From positions 1,728 through 65,727 of the forward strand of contig CAZUXW010000003.1 in NCBI GenBank assembly GCA_964624625.1: a stretch of 64,000 nt of DNA, given 5' to 3'. Shown one piece after another: positions 9,045 to 17,791 of this stretch (positions are counted from its first letter, which is position 1; each line of letters starts with the position of its first letter). The notes beneath the pieces are model-generated. The model ran no database searches. It was not told where the DNA came from and saw only the letters and a list, made by a program, of their open reading frames with translations. The translations under genes were made by a program, and so were the position numbers. This DNA is from an uncultured bacterium (GTDB lineage: Bacteria > Oederibacteriota > Muellerivitia > Muellerivitales > Muellerivitaceae).

Positions 9045-9350
9045 CTACCGTTGGGCCATGCGCTTTTTGACGCTTTTGACTTTTTCTTCCATGGTTTGGC
9101 TGCGGTCGATTCTGGTTCCAAACTTCAAGGTCGTGGTGATGCGGGGCGCCCCCATTTGATGGACCACCTCATGGCAGCGCTTAATCGCCTTGAAGACTTT
9201 ATCCCAATCGCCCTCAATATTGGTGCCATAGGCGTGAAGCTGGATCTTTAACCCGGCTTTTTTCAGGACCTTCTCGCAGGCCGCCACGTACTCGGAAACC
9301 GAGACGCCTACGCCCAAGGGTATAACACAAAGATCAGCGATGACTTTCAT
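9045..9350 (-). CDS. MTH1187/YkoF-family protein (DUF77, thiamine-binding-like)
   Basis: 101 aa. MKVIADLCVIPLGVG...YVAAC N-terminus and size match the family. AGGGAGG RBS upstream. Confidence 0.6.
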   Translation of the reverse strand: MKVIADLCVIPLGVGVSVSEYVAACEKVLKKAGLKIQLHAYGTNIEGDWDKVFKAIKRCHEVVHQMGAPRITTTLKFGTRIDRSQTMEEKVKSVKKRMAQR

Positions 9351-9450
9351 GCCGAGCCTCCCTTCGAAAAATATCCTGTGTGGTTGGTATAGTCCCGATT
9401 ATTCCTCGAATTTATCCCCTTTGAGAATTGGGACATAGCGACCTCCTTCG

Positions 9451-10881
9451 TCAAAAAGGAAATTTCAAAAACCCGGCGACGAGGCTTCCCGCTGCGCAAA
9501 GAATAAAAGCGAGGGGCAAGCCGAGGGAAAGGGGCAACAAAGCCGGTTCCTTCCCTTCCAAGGGCCTCATATAAAGATACACCACCACCCTTAAATAATA
9601 GTAGGCGGAGATGAAACTATTGAGGACCGCGACCACCGCCAGCCATAATAAACCGTGATCGACCGCTAGTTTAAAAAGGAAGTATTTACCAAAGAACCCG
9701 GCTGTGGGCGTCATCCCGGCCAGGGAAAACATAAAAACCGCCATGGGCAGGCCCATCCAAGGCTGGCGCAGCCCCAAACCCCGGATATCCTCGATCTGGG
9801 TTTTGGTTTCGCTTTGGCCGGCGGACCAAGCGATCCAGCCAAAAGCGCCGGCGGTCATAAGGGTGTAAGCCAAAAGATAAAATGCCACGGCCCGCTCCGT
9901 CTCATCGGCCGGGGCCAGGGCGGCGGCCGACAAACCCACCAATAGATAGCCCGCGTGGGCCACGCTGGAATAGGCCAGCATGCGCTTCACGCTGGACTGT
10001 CCCAAGGCCCCCAAGTTGCCCAAAGTCATCGTGAGGACCGCCAAGACCACTAAACACCAGGACCAGCTTCCGGGAAGGCCGAAAACTTCCGTGAAAATCC
10101 TGGCGAAGGCCCCAAAGGCCGCGGCCTTGACGCCGGTGGAAAGAAATGCCGACACCGGCGCGGCGGCTCCGTCATACACGTCGGGGGCCCATCCGTGGAA
10201 TGGAACAAGGGCCACCTTAAAACCCAAGCCCACCAAAAGAAGCGCCGCCCCCAACTCCACGAAAAGGGAACGGGTATTCCCCTGTTCCAAAAAATGCCGC
10301 AATTCGGAAAAATGGGTCGTGTGGGAGGCGCCGTAGAGCAACGCGATCCCGTAAAGCAGGAAAGCCGAGGCGAAAACTCCCAGCATGAAATATTTCAGGG
10401 CCGCCTCGGTGGACCTTTCCTGGACGCGGAAATACCCGGCCAGAACGTACCCCGCCAGCGACATCAGCTCCAATCCGACGAAAAGGGTTAAAAATTCCGC
10501 CGCCAGCACCAACGTCAACATCCCCGCGGTTCCCATCAACAACAAGGCGTAATATTCGCCGGTAACGGCTTTTTCCCGCCGCAAATAGCTGGAGGAAAAA
10601 ACGCAGGTGAGCAGGGCGGACAGGAGGCAGATGCCCCCCATCGTCAGGGAATAGAGATCCACCACGACGGCGCCGTGAAAAAGCGGTCCCGGCATGCCCG
10701 AAACGGATAAAAGACGAAAGGTCGCGCCCAAGGCCAGCGCCAAAAAGGTTCCCGTCAAGAGGGGGGCGGTCTTTCGTCCCTCTTCTTTTAAGGTGACCTC
10801 CAGCAACAAAAGAAACAGGGAGCCGGCCGTGACGATCCAAAGGGGGAGCAACGCTGTTAATTCGGTTGGCAGTGAAAACAT
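9451..10881 (-). CDS. nuoN: NADH-quinone oxidoreductase subunit N
   Basis: 476 aa polytopic antiporter-like subunit. Last gene of the nuo cluster; family-typical length and position. Confidence 0.9.
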   Translation of the reverse strand: MFSLPTELTALLPLWIVTAGSLFLLLLEVTLKEEGRKTAPLLTGTFLALALGATFRLLSVSGMPGPLFHGAVVVDLYSLTMGGICLLSALLTCVFSSSYLRREKAVTGEYYALLLMGTAGMLTLVLAAEFLTLFVGLELMSLAGYVLAGYFRVQERSTEAALKYFMLGVFASAFLLYGIALLYGASHTTHFSELRHFLEQGNTRSLFVELGAALLLVGLGFKVALVPFHGWAPDVYDGAAAPVSAFLSTGVKAAAFGAFARIFTEVFGLPGSWSWCLVVLAVLTMTLGNLGALGQSSVKRMLAYSSVAHAGYLLVGLSAAALAPADETERAVAFYLLAYTLMTAGAFGWIAWSAGQSETKTQIEDIRGLGLRQPWMGLPMAVFMFSLAGMTPTAGFFGKYFLFKLAVDHGLLWLAVVAVLNSFISAYYYLRVVVYLYMRPLEGKEPALLPLSLGLPLAFILCAAGSLVAGFLKFPF

Positions 10882-10997
10882 GGTTAACCTTTTTTATCTT
10901 TTCTTGAGGATTTCTTGCGCCAGTGAGGGGTTAGAAGTTTTCGACTTCCCCCATCCTTGGTTTTTCAACTCCTAACCACTAACTTCTAAATTACTAA

Positions 10998-12530
10998 CTA
11001 TTTTTTCTTTTTGCCTTTTTCCACTTCTTCCTGAAGTCGCCGCTGTTGGGCGGCGAAATCCGTCATCGTGGGCGGCGGCTTGAGCTTTTCAATGACGCTC
11101 ATTTGCAGGGTTTTTTCCATCGGCCTGAGGAAAAAATTGGGGTTAAGGCCGATCCAAAGGACGGCTAGGACGAGGGGTAATAGGGCCAGTCCCTCGGTCC
11201 AGGAAAGGTCAGGGACGGATTGATTTTCTTTCTTTTTCACGGGCCCGAGGAAAACCTTGCCGTAGAGGTTAAAAAGATACCAGGCGGAGAGGACAAACCC
11301 GGTGATGGCGGTCAAGGCCAGCAGGGGTGCGCTCTTATAAACTGCCACCAGGATCAATATCTCGCCGGCGAACCCGGCGAAACCAGGAAGGCCCGCCGCC
11401 GCCAGCATCATCCATAGAAAAGCCGTGGATAGGACTGGAACGACCTTTGCCATTCCGCCGTAGGAATCCATCTCATGGGATTGGCGCCGTTGGTAAAGCA
11501 TGCCCATCAAAAGGAAAAGACCCGCCATGTAAACACCGTGGCTGATCATTTGAAGAACGCCGCCTTGAAGCCCGGTCAAGGAAAAGGTGAAGATGCCCAG
11601 CACGATCATCCCCATGTGGGATAAGGAGGAATAGGCGGCCAAACGCTTAAAGTCCGTTTGGATCGAGGCCATGAGGGCTCCATGCACCACCCCGGCCAGG
11701 GCCAACACCATGATCCAGGGGGCGAAATCCTTGGCCGCGTTGGGAAATAAGGGAACGCAGAATCGCAAGAGGCCATAGGCTCCCAATTTCACCAGGACCG
11801 AGGACAACATGACCGTAGCCCCGGCGGGGGCCTCCGTATAGGCGTCCGGCAGCCATCCGTGAAAGGGAAAGAGTGGAATTTTGATAAAGAAAGCCAGGCC
11901 AAAGGCCAAAAAACACCAGAATTGGACGTCCTCCGGGAAAAAATGCTCGAAGATCTTGGCGTACTCGAAGCTCTTGACCTCATGCGTCACGTAAAGAAGC
12001 GCGACCAGCATCAGGAGGGACCCCAACATCGTAAAAAGGACGAACTTGACCGTGGCCTTGACCCGGTTCGGGCCTCCCCAAACCCCGATCAGGAAAAAAG
12101 CGGGGATCAACATGAGCTCCCAAAAGAGATAGAAAAGGAATATATCCGTCGAGGCCAGGGTCCCCACGACCGAGGATTCCAGAAGAAGAAGGCAGGCGTA
12201 AAAACCCCGGACATTTATTTCAACCGCTTTGAAGCTGGCCAGAAGAACCAAAGGCGTCAGAAAGGTGGTTAAAAGAATCAGCCAAAGGGAGAGGCCGTCG
12301 ATACCCAGGCTGTAATGGATGCCCAGGGAGGGAACGAGCGGGGCCTGTTCCTTGAACTGAAATCCCCCATCCGAGAGGTCGAATCCGTTATAAAGGGCCA
12401 GGGAAAAAACAAAAGTGATGAAGGCGACCATGAGCGACAAGGTCTTCGCGGCCTTAGCCTGGGGAAAAAGGGCGACCAACAGGGCTCCCGATAACGGCAA
12501 ACCGATGAGTATGGATAAAATCACTTTCAA
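10998..12530 (-). CDS. nuoM: NADH-quinone oxidoreductase subunit M
   Basis: 510 aa antiporter-like subunit, with conserved gene order after nuoL. Confidence 0.9.
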   Translation of the reverse strand: MKVILSILIGLPLSGALLVALFPQAKAAKTLSLMVAFITFVFSLALYNGFDLSDGGFQFKEQAPLVPSLGIHYSLGIDGLSLWLILLTTFLTPLVLLASFKAVEINVRGFYACLLLLESSVVGTLASTDIFLFYLFWELMLIPAFFLIGVWGGPNRVKATVKFVLFTMLGSLLMLVALLYVTHEVKSFEYAKIFEHFFPEDVQFWCFLAFGLAFFIKIPLFPFHGWLPDAYTEAPAGATVMLSSVLVKLGAYGLLRFCVPLFPNAAKDFAPWIMVLALAGVVHGALMASIQTDFKRLAAYSSLSHMGMIVLGIFTFSLTGLQGGVLQMISHGVYMAGLFLLMGMLYQRRQSHEMDSYGGMAKVVPVLSTAFLWMMLAAAGLPGFAGFAGEILILVAVYKSAPLLALTAITGFVLSAWYLFNLYGKVFLGPVKKKENQSVPDLSWTEGLALLPLVLAVLWIGLNPNFFLRPMEKTLQMSVIEKLKPPPTMTDFAAQQRRLQEEVEKGKKKK

Positions 12531-12601
12531 ACCCCTTTTTGATTAGGGGCCAGGTTCAAGGTTCCAGCCGGAACCTGAGACCTTGACCCTGAAACCTGCC
12601 C

Positions 12602-14584
12602 TTAATGCAGCATCAAATAAATCAACAGCCCCGCGCCGGCGACCACGTAGGCCAGGTAAACCCGGACCAAACCCACTTGGAGTTTTTTTAATATCCCCGC
12701 CAGGGCGTAGAGGCCCCGGGTCAGGGCCTCGAGGACCCGGTTGATGAGCAGCTGCTCCACCAGTTTGTCCGAAATCCAATAGGCCAACCCCTTCACCCAT
12801 TTCACCACGGTGAGTTCATAAAGCTCGTCCACGTAATATTTTTGCTCGATGACTTTTTTCCCGCCGGGAATAAGCTTGAATATCCTCTGGCTCAAAACGT
12901 GTTTCAATCCATAAACATACCAAGCCACTCCCGCGCCCAATCCCGCCACGAGAAAGGACATCAGCATCAATAGGGGCTCCATTTTCTTGGAGACGCCGTC
13001 CGCTTCCAGGGTCGAGAGATGGAAGAGAGGGTCCAAAAACTTCCCCAGCGCGTTGCCTCCCCCGATGGCCTCGGGCATGCCGATCCAGCCGGAAACCAGC
13101 GAGCCGATCCCCAAAACAAACAAGGGAATGGTCATCCAACGGGGTGATTCGTGCAAATGCCCGAAGACTTCCTTGTCGCCCCGGTACTCGCCGAAAAAAA
13201 CCAAAACGACCAGGCGGGTCATGTAATAGGCCGTGAGAAAGGCCGTCGCCAGGGCGGTAAAATAAAGAAGCTCCGGCAAAAGCGGAAAGACTGCGTTGGG
13301 GGTGGCTAGGGCGCGCCAAAGGATCTCGTCCTTGCTGTTGAATCCCCCGCAAAGGGGCAATATCCCGGAAATGGCCAGCCATCCCAAAAGAAAGGAAAGG
13401 CTGGTAAGGGGGATATGCTTTAAAAGGCCTCCCATTTTGCGGATGTCCTGCTCCCCCTTCATGGCGTGGATCACCGATCCGGCCCCCAGGAAAAGACAGG
13501 CTTTAAAAAATCCATGGGTAATCAAGTGAAAGATTCCGGCACTGTAGGCGCTGACGCCAACCCCCAGGAACATAAAGCCCAGCTGGGAAATCGTGGAGTA
13601 GGCCAGGACTTTCTTGATGTCGTTTTGCGTCACCGCGATCGTGGCCGCCAATAGCGCGGTCAAGACCCCGATGACCGCCACCACCATGGAAGCCCAAGGC
13701 GCGAGCACGAAAAGGAAATGCAGGCGCGCCACCAGGTAAACGCCCGCCGTGACCATGGTCGCGGCATGAATGAGGGCGGATACAGGCGTGGGGCCCGCCA
13801 TGGCGTCAGGAAGCCAAACATAAAGGGGAATCTGGGCGGACTTCCCGGCTGCCCCAAAAAAGAAGCAGAGGCAAACGATGGTGGCCGAGAGATTGCTAAA
13901 CACCATTTTGTGGGCTTGAAGATCGTTGAAATTAAAGGTTCCGGCCAGGGCGAAGACCATGAGCAGGCCCGCCAGGAACCCGGCGTCCCCGATTCGGTTG
14001 ACGATGATGGCTTTTTTACCAGCGTTGGCCTTGGCCTCGTCCTCAAACCAAAAACCGATGAGGAGGTAGGAACAAAAGCCGACCCCCTCCCATCCCAGGA
14101 ATAAAACCAGCAGGTTTTGGGCCATGATCAGAACCAACATGGAAAACAAAAACAGATTCAAATAGGTGAAGTAGCGGCCAAATCCAGGGTCATCCTTCAT
14201 ATAACCAATTGAATATAGGTGGATCAAGCTTGAGACAAATGTGATGAAAACCACCATCACCAGGGAGAGGGAGTCCAATTGCAGGTTCATTTTAACCTGG
14301 AACGAACCCGCGTCCATCCAATCAAAAAGATCCTCCACCAAAATACTGTTGTCGGGCAATCCGTTGAAATGAAGAAAGGTAAACCAGGCCGCGATAAAGG
14401 ATGCGATCGCGGCTCCGCAGGCGACCGTGGCGTAAAGGGCCCGGGGAAAGGCAGGCTTCCCGCGGGAAGCGGTGAGCGTCAATAATCCGTTGACGGCCGC
14501 CCCGATCAGGGGGGCCACGGCGATCAACCAGATCCAATCAAAGTTGATCAGGGCTATGTTTTGAAAATGTTCCAATTTCAGCAT
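12602..14584 (-). CDS. nuoL: NADH-quinone oxidoreductase subunit L
   Basis: 660 aa antiporter-like subunit with a long C-terminal extension. GAGG RBS 5 nt before the ATG. Confidence 0.9.
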   Translation of the reverse strand: MLKLEHFQNIALINFDWIWLIAVAPLIGAAVNGLLTLTASRGKPAFPRALYATVACGAAIASFIAAWFTFLHFNGLPDNSILVEDLFDWMDAGSFQVKMNLQLDSLSLVMVVFITFVSSLIHLYSIGYMKDDPGFGRYFTYLNLFLFSMLVLIMAQNLLVLFLGWEGVGFCSYLLIGFWFEDEAKANAGKKAIIVNRIGDAGFLAGLLMVFALAGTFNFNDLQAHKMVFSNLSATIVCLCFFFGAAGKSAQIPLYVWLPDAMAGPTPVSALIHAATMVTAGVYLVARLHFLFVLAPWASMVVAVIGVLTALLAATIAVTQNDIKKVLAYSTISQLGFMFLGVGVSAYSAGIFHLITHGFFKACLFLGAGSVIHAMKGEQDIRKMGGLLKHIPLTSLSFLLGWLAISGILPLCGGFNSKDEILWRALATPNAVFPLLPELLYFTALATAFLTAYYMTRLVVLVFFGEYRGDKEVFGHLHESPRWMTIPLFVLGIGSLVSGWIGMPEAIGGGNALGKFLDPLFHLSTLEADGVSKKMEPLLMLMSFLVAGLGAGVAWYVYGLKHVLSQRIFKLIPGGKKVIEQKYYVDELYELTVVKWVKGLAYWISDKLVEQLLINRVLEALTRGLYALAGILKKLQVGLVRVYLAYVVAGAGLLIYLMLH

Positions 14585-14609
14585 GCAAACCTCAAACTTA
14601 AATTTTGAA

Positions 14610-14716
14610 CCACAGAGTGAACAGAGTTACACAGAGTAAGGCAATACAAGGCATTCTGAACGTTAGTGCTTAATAAAATTCTTGTCTTACTCTGCGTAAC
14701 TCTGTTCACTCCGTGG
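14610..14716. repeat. 107-bp dyad: 31-bp inverted-repeat arms around a 45-bp loop, between nuoK and nuoL
   Basis: Arms: ccacagagtgaacagagttacacagagtaag (14610-14640) and cttactctgcgtaactctgttcactccgtgg (14686-14716). The two arm differences are G-U wobbles in the minus-strand (nuo mRNA-sense) RNA and C-A mismatches in the other sense. Confidence 0.7.
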
Positions 14717-14723
14717 TTGATGA

Positions 14724-15041
14724 TTATCCTTTAAGACTTTTGAACAAATCCAAATCCACCGTTTCTTTTATACGGAAAAGCGCGATCACGATAGCCAGTC
14801 CCACGCAGGCTTCCGCCGCCGCCACCGCCACCACGAACAAAACGAACACATGGCCCGTCAAATCCCCGTTCACTCGGGAAAAAGTAACGAAGGTAAGGTT
14901 GACCGCGTTCAACATCAGTTCCAAGGACATGAGGGAAACGAATAAATTCCTGCGGGTCAAGACTCCCGCGATCCCAATGGCGAACAAAATGGCCGAGAGA
15001 ACGAGATAATGGGTCGGCGAAACAGGGTAAAGCAAATCCAT
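14724..15041 (-). CDS. nuoK: NADH-quinone oxidoreductase subunit K
   Basis: 105 aa with three TM segments, [16 protein letters not shown] motif. Confidence 0.9.
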   Translation of the reverse strand: MDLLYPVSPTHYLVLSAILFAIGIAGVLTRRNLFVSLMSLELMLNAVNLTFVTFSRVNGDLTGHVFVLFVVAVAAAEACVGLAIVIALFRIKETVDLDLFKSLKG

Positions 15042-15094
15042 TTCAAATCATCCTTTTTGAACTAATTTACGAATTCCGCATCCCGAAAGGTTAA

Positions 15095-15130
15095 TTGGTC
15101 CTTTCAAAGCTTCCGCTTTGAAAGGACCAA
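15095..15130. repeat. perfect 15/16-bp stem hairpin that overlaps the 3' end of nuoJ
   Basis: TTGGTCCTTTCAAAGC ttccg CTTTGAAAGGACCAA. The last nuoJ codons (..LVLSKRKL*) are encoded by the loop and the distal arm; the proximal arm is immediately 3' of the stop. Confidence 0.7.
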
Positions 15131-15619
15131 GGCCCCCACTACCGCCGCCAAGAGGAGCAGGGAAAGCATTTCGAACGGAAATAAATAATCCGAAAAAACC
15201 TTCATTCCGACAGCTCCAATGCTTCCAAAATCCTCCGGAATGTCGGCGAACTTCCATTGGCCCGAAGGAAAAACCACCAAAAACAGCGGGCCCAGCGCGC
15301 CTCCCAATACCAATAACAAAACCGCCGGGATCATAACGGCCCGGGCCTTTAAGGGCCTCAAGTCCTCCGGAGCCAGGTTCAATAGCATGATGACGAAAAT
15401 CACCAACACCATAATGCCGCCGGCATAAACCAGGATCTGGATGATCGCCGCCAGGGAAGCGGATAACGTGGCGTAGAGGGCGGCCAAAGCCACAAAGGCC
15501 CCCACCATGGACAGCGCGGACCCAATGGGGTTGGTGCGGGTGATCACCAATAACCCGAAGCCCAACAACAGGGCGGCTAGGATGTAAAAGACGGCGGCTT
15601 CCAACAAGTGATGCTCCAA
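15104..15619 (-). CDS. nuoJ: NADH-quinone oxidoreductase subunit J
   Basis: 171 aa hydrophobic, in conserved position between nuoI and nuoK. Confidence 0.88.
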   Translation of the reverse strand: MEHHLLEAAVFYILAALLLGFGLLVITRTNPIGSALSMVGAFVALAALYATLSASLAAIIQILVYAGGIMVLVIFVIMLLNLAPEDLRPLKARAVMIPAVLLLVLGGALGPLFLVVFPSGQWKFADIPEDFGSIGAVGMKVFSDYLFPFEMLSLLLLAAVVGALVLSKRKL

Positions 15620-15744
15620 GGATGGATTAGTAGTCAGGAATCAGGAATTTTGGAAGATTCTCATTTGAATTTCGCAAATGAAAATCACCTTATTTCCCTT
15701 CCAAACTACGACTGAATGCCTCTTTCCTAATTTCCAATTACGAA

Positions 15745-15775
15745 CGCCCCATGCCAAGCCTATGGCTTGGCATGG
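15745..15775. repeat. perfect 14-bp stem hairpin that overlaps the 3' end of nuoI
   Basis: CCCCATGCCAAGCC tat GGCTTGGCATGGGG. The nuoI stop codon lies in the loop and the final codons (HGPHAKP) are in one arm. Confidence 0.7.
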
Positions 15776-16305
15776 GGCCCGTGCGTCCAAATCACCGGCC
15801 GCGGCGGATTATATTCCGGCACGATATCTTTATTGTCATGGTCCATCAAAAATTCCTTGCCATAAACCAAGCTGTCCCTGGTGTAGCCCGCGATGGCGAT
15901 TTCCGGCACATCCATCCGGATGGCGTCCAAGGGGCAGGCGTCCACGCAAAAACCGCAGAAAACACAGCGAAGCATGTCGATCTCGAATTTTTCCGGCAGT
16001 TTCTCCACGTTCGGGTCGGCTGATTCAGCCGCCTTAATATGGATGCACTCTGCCGGGCAGGCGGTGGCGCACAACATGCAGGCCGTACAACGGGGCGACT
16101 CATCCTCCCTCTTCATCAGGCGGTGGCGTCCCCGGGTGGTCGGCGGCAGGGCCTTCTTTTGTTCCGGAAAAAAAATTACCGGCATCCCCTTGGGATTCAT
16201 TAAATTCCTCAAGACATGACCCATCGTCACGAGGAGCCCCTTGAGGACTTCGCCCAGGTAGAGCTTTTGGGAACCTGTCATTTCAGGCCGCTCAACAATT
16301 TTCAT
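15760..16305 (-). CDS. nuoI: NADH-quinone oxidoreductase subunit I (2 x [4Fe-4S])
   Basis: CTACMLCATACP and CVFCGFCVDACP motifs. Start reassigned to the internal ATG (MKIVERPE..., 16305) because the ORF-finder start (16374) would overlap the nuoH 3' end. Confidence 0.88.
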   Translation of the reverse strand: MKIVERPEMTGSQKLYLGEVLKGLLVTMGHVLRNLMNPKGMPVIFFPEQKKALPPTTRGRHRLMKREDESPRCTACMLCATACPAECIHIKAAESADPNVEKLPEKFEIDMLRCVFCGFCVDACPLDAIRMDVPEIAIAGYTRDSLVYGKEFLMDHDNKDIVPEYNPPRPVIWTHGPHAKP

Positions 16306-16345
16306 AAAACCCCTATTTTTACCTTTTCTGCGTCTCTGCGGCAAA

Positions 16346-17656
16346 TCATTGTTTTTGGACCAAAATAAAAACACCCGTCACCAGCAAATTCAGCAGCGCC
16401 AAAGGCAGCATCAGCTTCCATCCCAGGTTCATGAGCTGGTCGTAACGGAACCGGGGCATGGTCCAACGCACCCACACGAAAAGCCAGCAGAAAAAGAGGA
16501 CTTTGATGAGAAGGCAAATCATTTGCAGCAAGGCCGTTAATACACCAGGGGCCCAAACCGGCAAGGCCACAAAATGGGAAAAGACCAGCAGGCCCAGTGA
16601 CATACCGGCCCCGCCGAAACCCACGGCTGAGAATATGAAAGGTTCCCAGCGTTTCATCCCAGTATGCAGAACTTTTTGATCCAAGGCGCTTAAATAGAGG
16701 ACCCTTCCCAGGAAACCGCCGGCCAAGATCCCCCCCCCGCACAACAACAGGAGGGTCAATTGGGGTTTTTGAAGAAGAACTTGAGTCGGGGCAAAGGGAA
16801 CCTGGTAGCCGCCCAAAAATAAGGTTGAAATCAAAAAGGCCGCCACCACCATGTTGGAGTACTCGGCCATGAAGAATAAGGCGAACTTCACGCTGGAATA
16901 TTCGATATGGTAACCAGCCACTAATTCGGATTCACCCTCGGCCAAGTCAAAGGGATTGCGGTTGGTCTCGGCGAAAGAGGCCACCAGGAAAAGAAAGAAG
17001 CCCACCGGTTGGAGAAAGATCCCCCAATGGGGGAAGGGAAGGGTGTGGCCCGCCAGGGTCAAAAGCCCTCCTTGGGTCTCCACAATCGCGTCCACTTTCA
17101 CGCCTTGGAACACCATCAAAAGCCCCACCACGGACAGGCCCATGGATAATTCATAGGAAATCATCTGGGCGGAGGAACGAAGCCCTCCCAAGAGGGAAAA
17201 TTTGTTGTTCGAGGCCCAGCCCGCCAGGATGACCCCAAAGACCCCCATGCTGGTAATCGAAAGAATATAGAGGACCCCCACGCTAAAGTTCGCGGCCTGG
17301 AACCGGAGGCTGTGGCCGGCGACTTCCATGGGCGCGGCCAGGGGGATGATCAACAGCGGCAGCAGCGAAACCGTCATGGACCAAAAGGGCGCCAGCCAAT
17401 AATAAAAACCATTGGCGTGGGAGGGCGTGATGTTTTCCTTCATCAGGAGTTTGATGACATCCGCGAAGTTATGGACCATTCCAAATAAGCGGACGCCAAA
17501 AATTTCCGCCCGGTTGGGCCCGATTCGGTCCTGAATGATGGCGCTTCCCTTCCGCTCCAGCCAGATGAAAAATGGGATGAATTGGAGCGGTGTCAACCAC
17601 ATGACCACCGTCATGACCGCGATATTAATTAGGGTAAAAAGGTGGTTATCCAACAT
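16346..17656 (-). CDS. nuoH: NADH-quinone oxidoreductase subunit H, with a ~80-90 aa extra hydrophobic segment
   Basis: 436 aa against the usual 320-350. Conserved EYSSVKFALFFMAEYSNM... region, followed by an additional hydrophobic segment (..LLLLCGGGILAGGFLGRVLYL..VGFGGAGMSLGLLVF..) before the C-terminal helices. Confidence 0.85.
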   Translation of the reverse strand: MLDNHLFTLINIAVMTVVMWLTPLQFIPFFIWLERKGSAIIQDRIGPNRAEIFGVRLFGMVHNFADVIKLLMKENITPSHANGFYYWLAPFWSMTVSLLPLLIIPLAAPMEVAGHSLRFQAANFSVGVLYILSITSMGVFGVILAGWASNNKFSLLGGLRSSAQMISYELSMGLSVVGLLMVFQGVKVDAIVETQGGLLTLAGHTLPFPHWGIFLQPVGFFLFLVASFAETNRNPFDLAEGESELVAGYHIEYSSVKFALFFMAEYSNMVVAAFLISTLFLGGYQVPFAPTQVLLQKPQLTLLLLCGGGILAGGFLGRVLYLSALDQKVLHTGMKRWEPFIFSAVGFGGAGMSLGLLVFSHFVALPVWAPGVLTALLQMICLLIKVLFFCWLFVWVRWTMPRFRYDQLMNLGWKLMLPLALLNLLVTGVFILVQKQ

Positions 17657-17791
17657 GAACCTCCAACATTTTCACCCCAGGTCCCTTGGGGACCATCAAG
17701 ACAGGATTAAAGACGGTTGATATTAAACCAAGGACTTTCTTAACGGTGCCCTCCGGGGTCCCAAAGGGACCTGTGGTAACTGGTTTGCGTT

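Noticed and set aside
9339-9426. Small ORF (~29 aa, MSQFSKGINSRNN...) with GGAGG RBS between nuoN and the MTH1187-like gene.
   Set aside because: No family resemblance. The RBS-like GGAGG also serves the adjacent gene's spacing. Probably fortuitous; it would need ribosome profiling or conservation to support.
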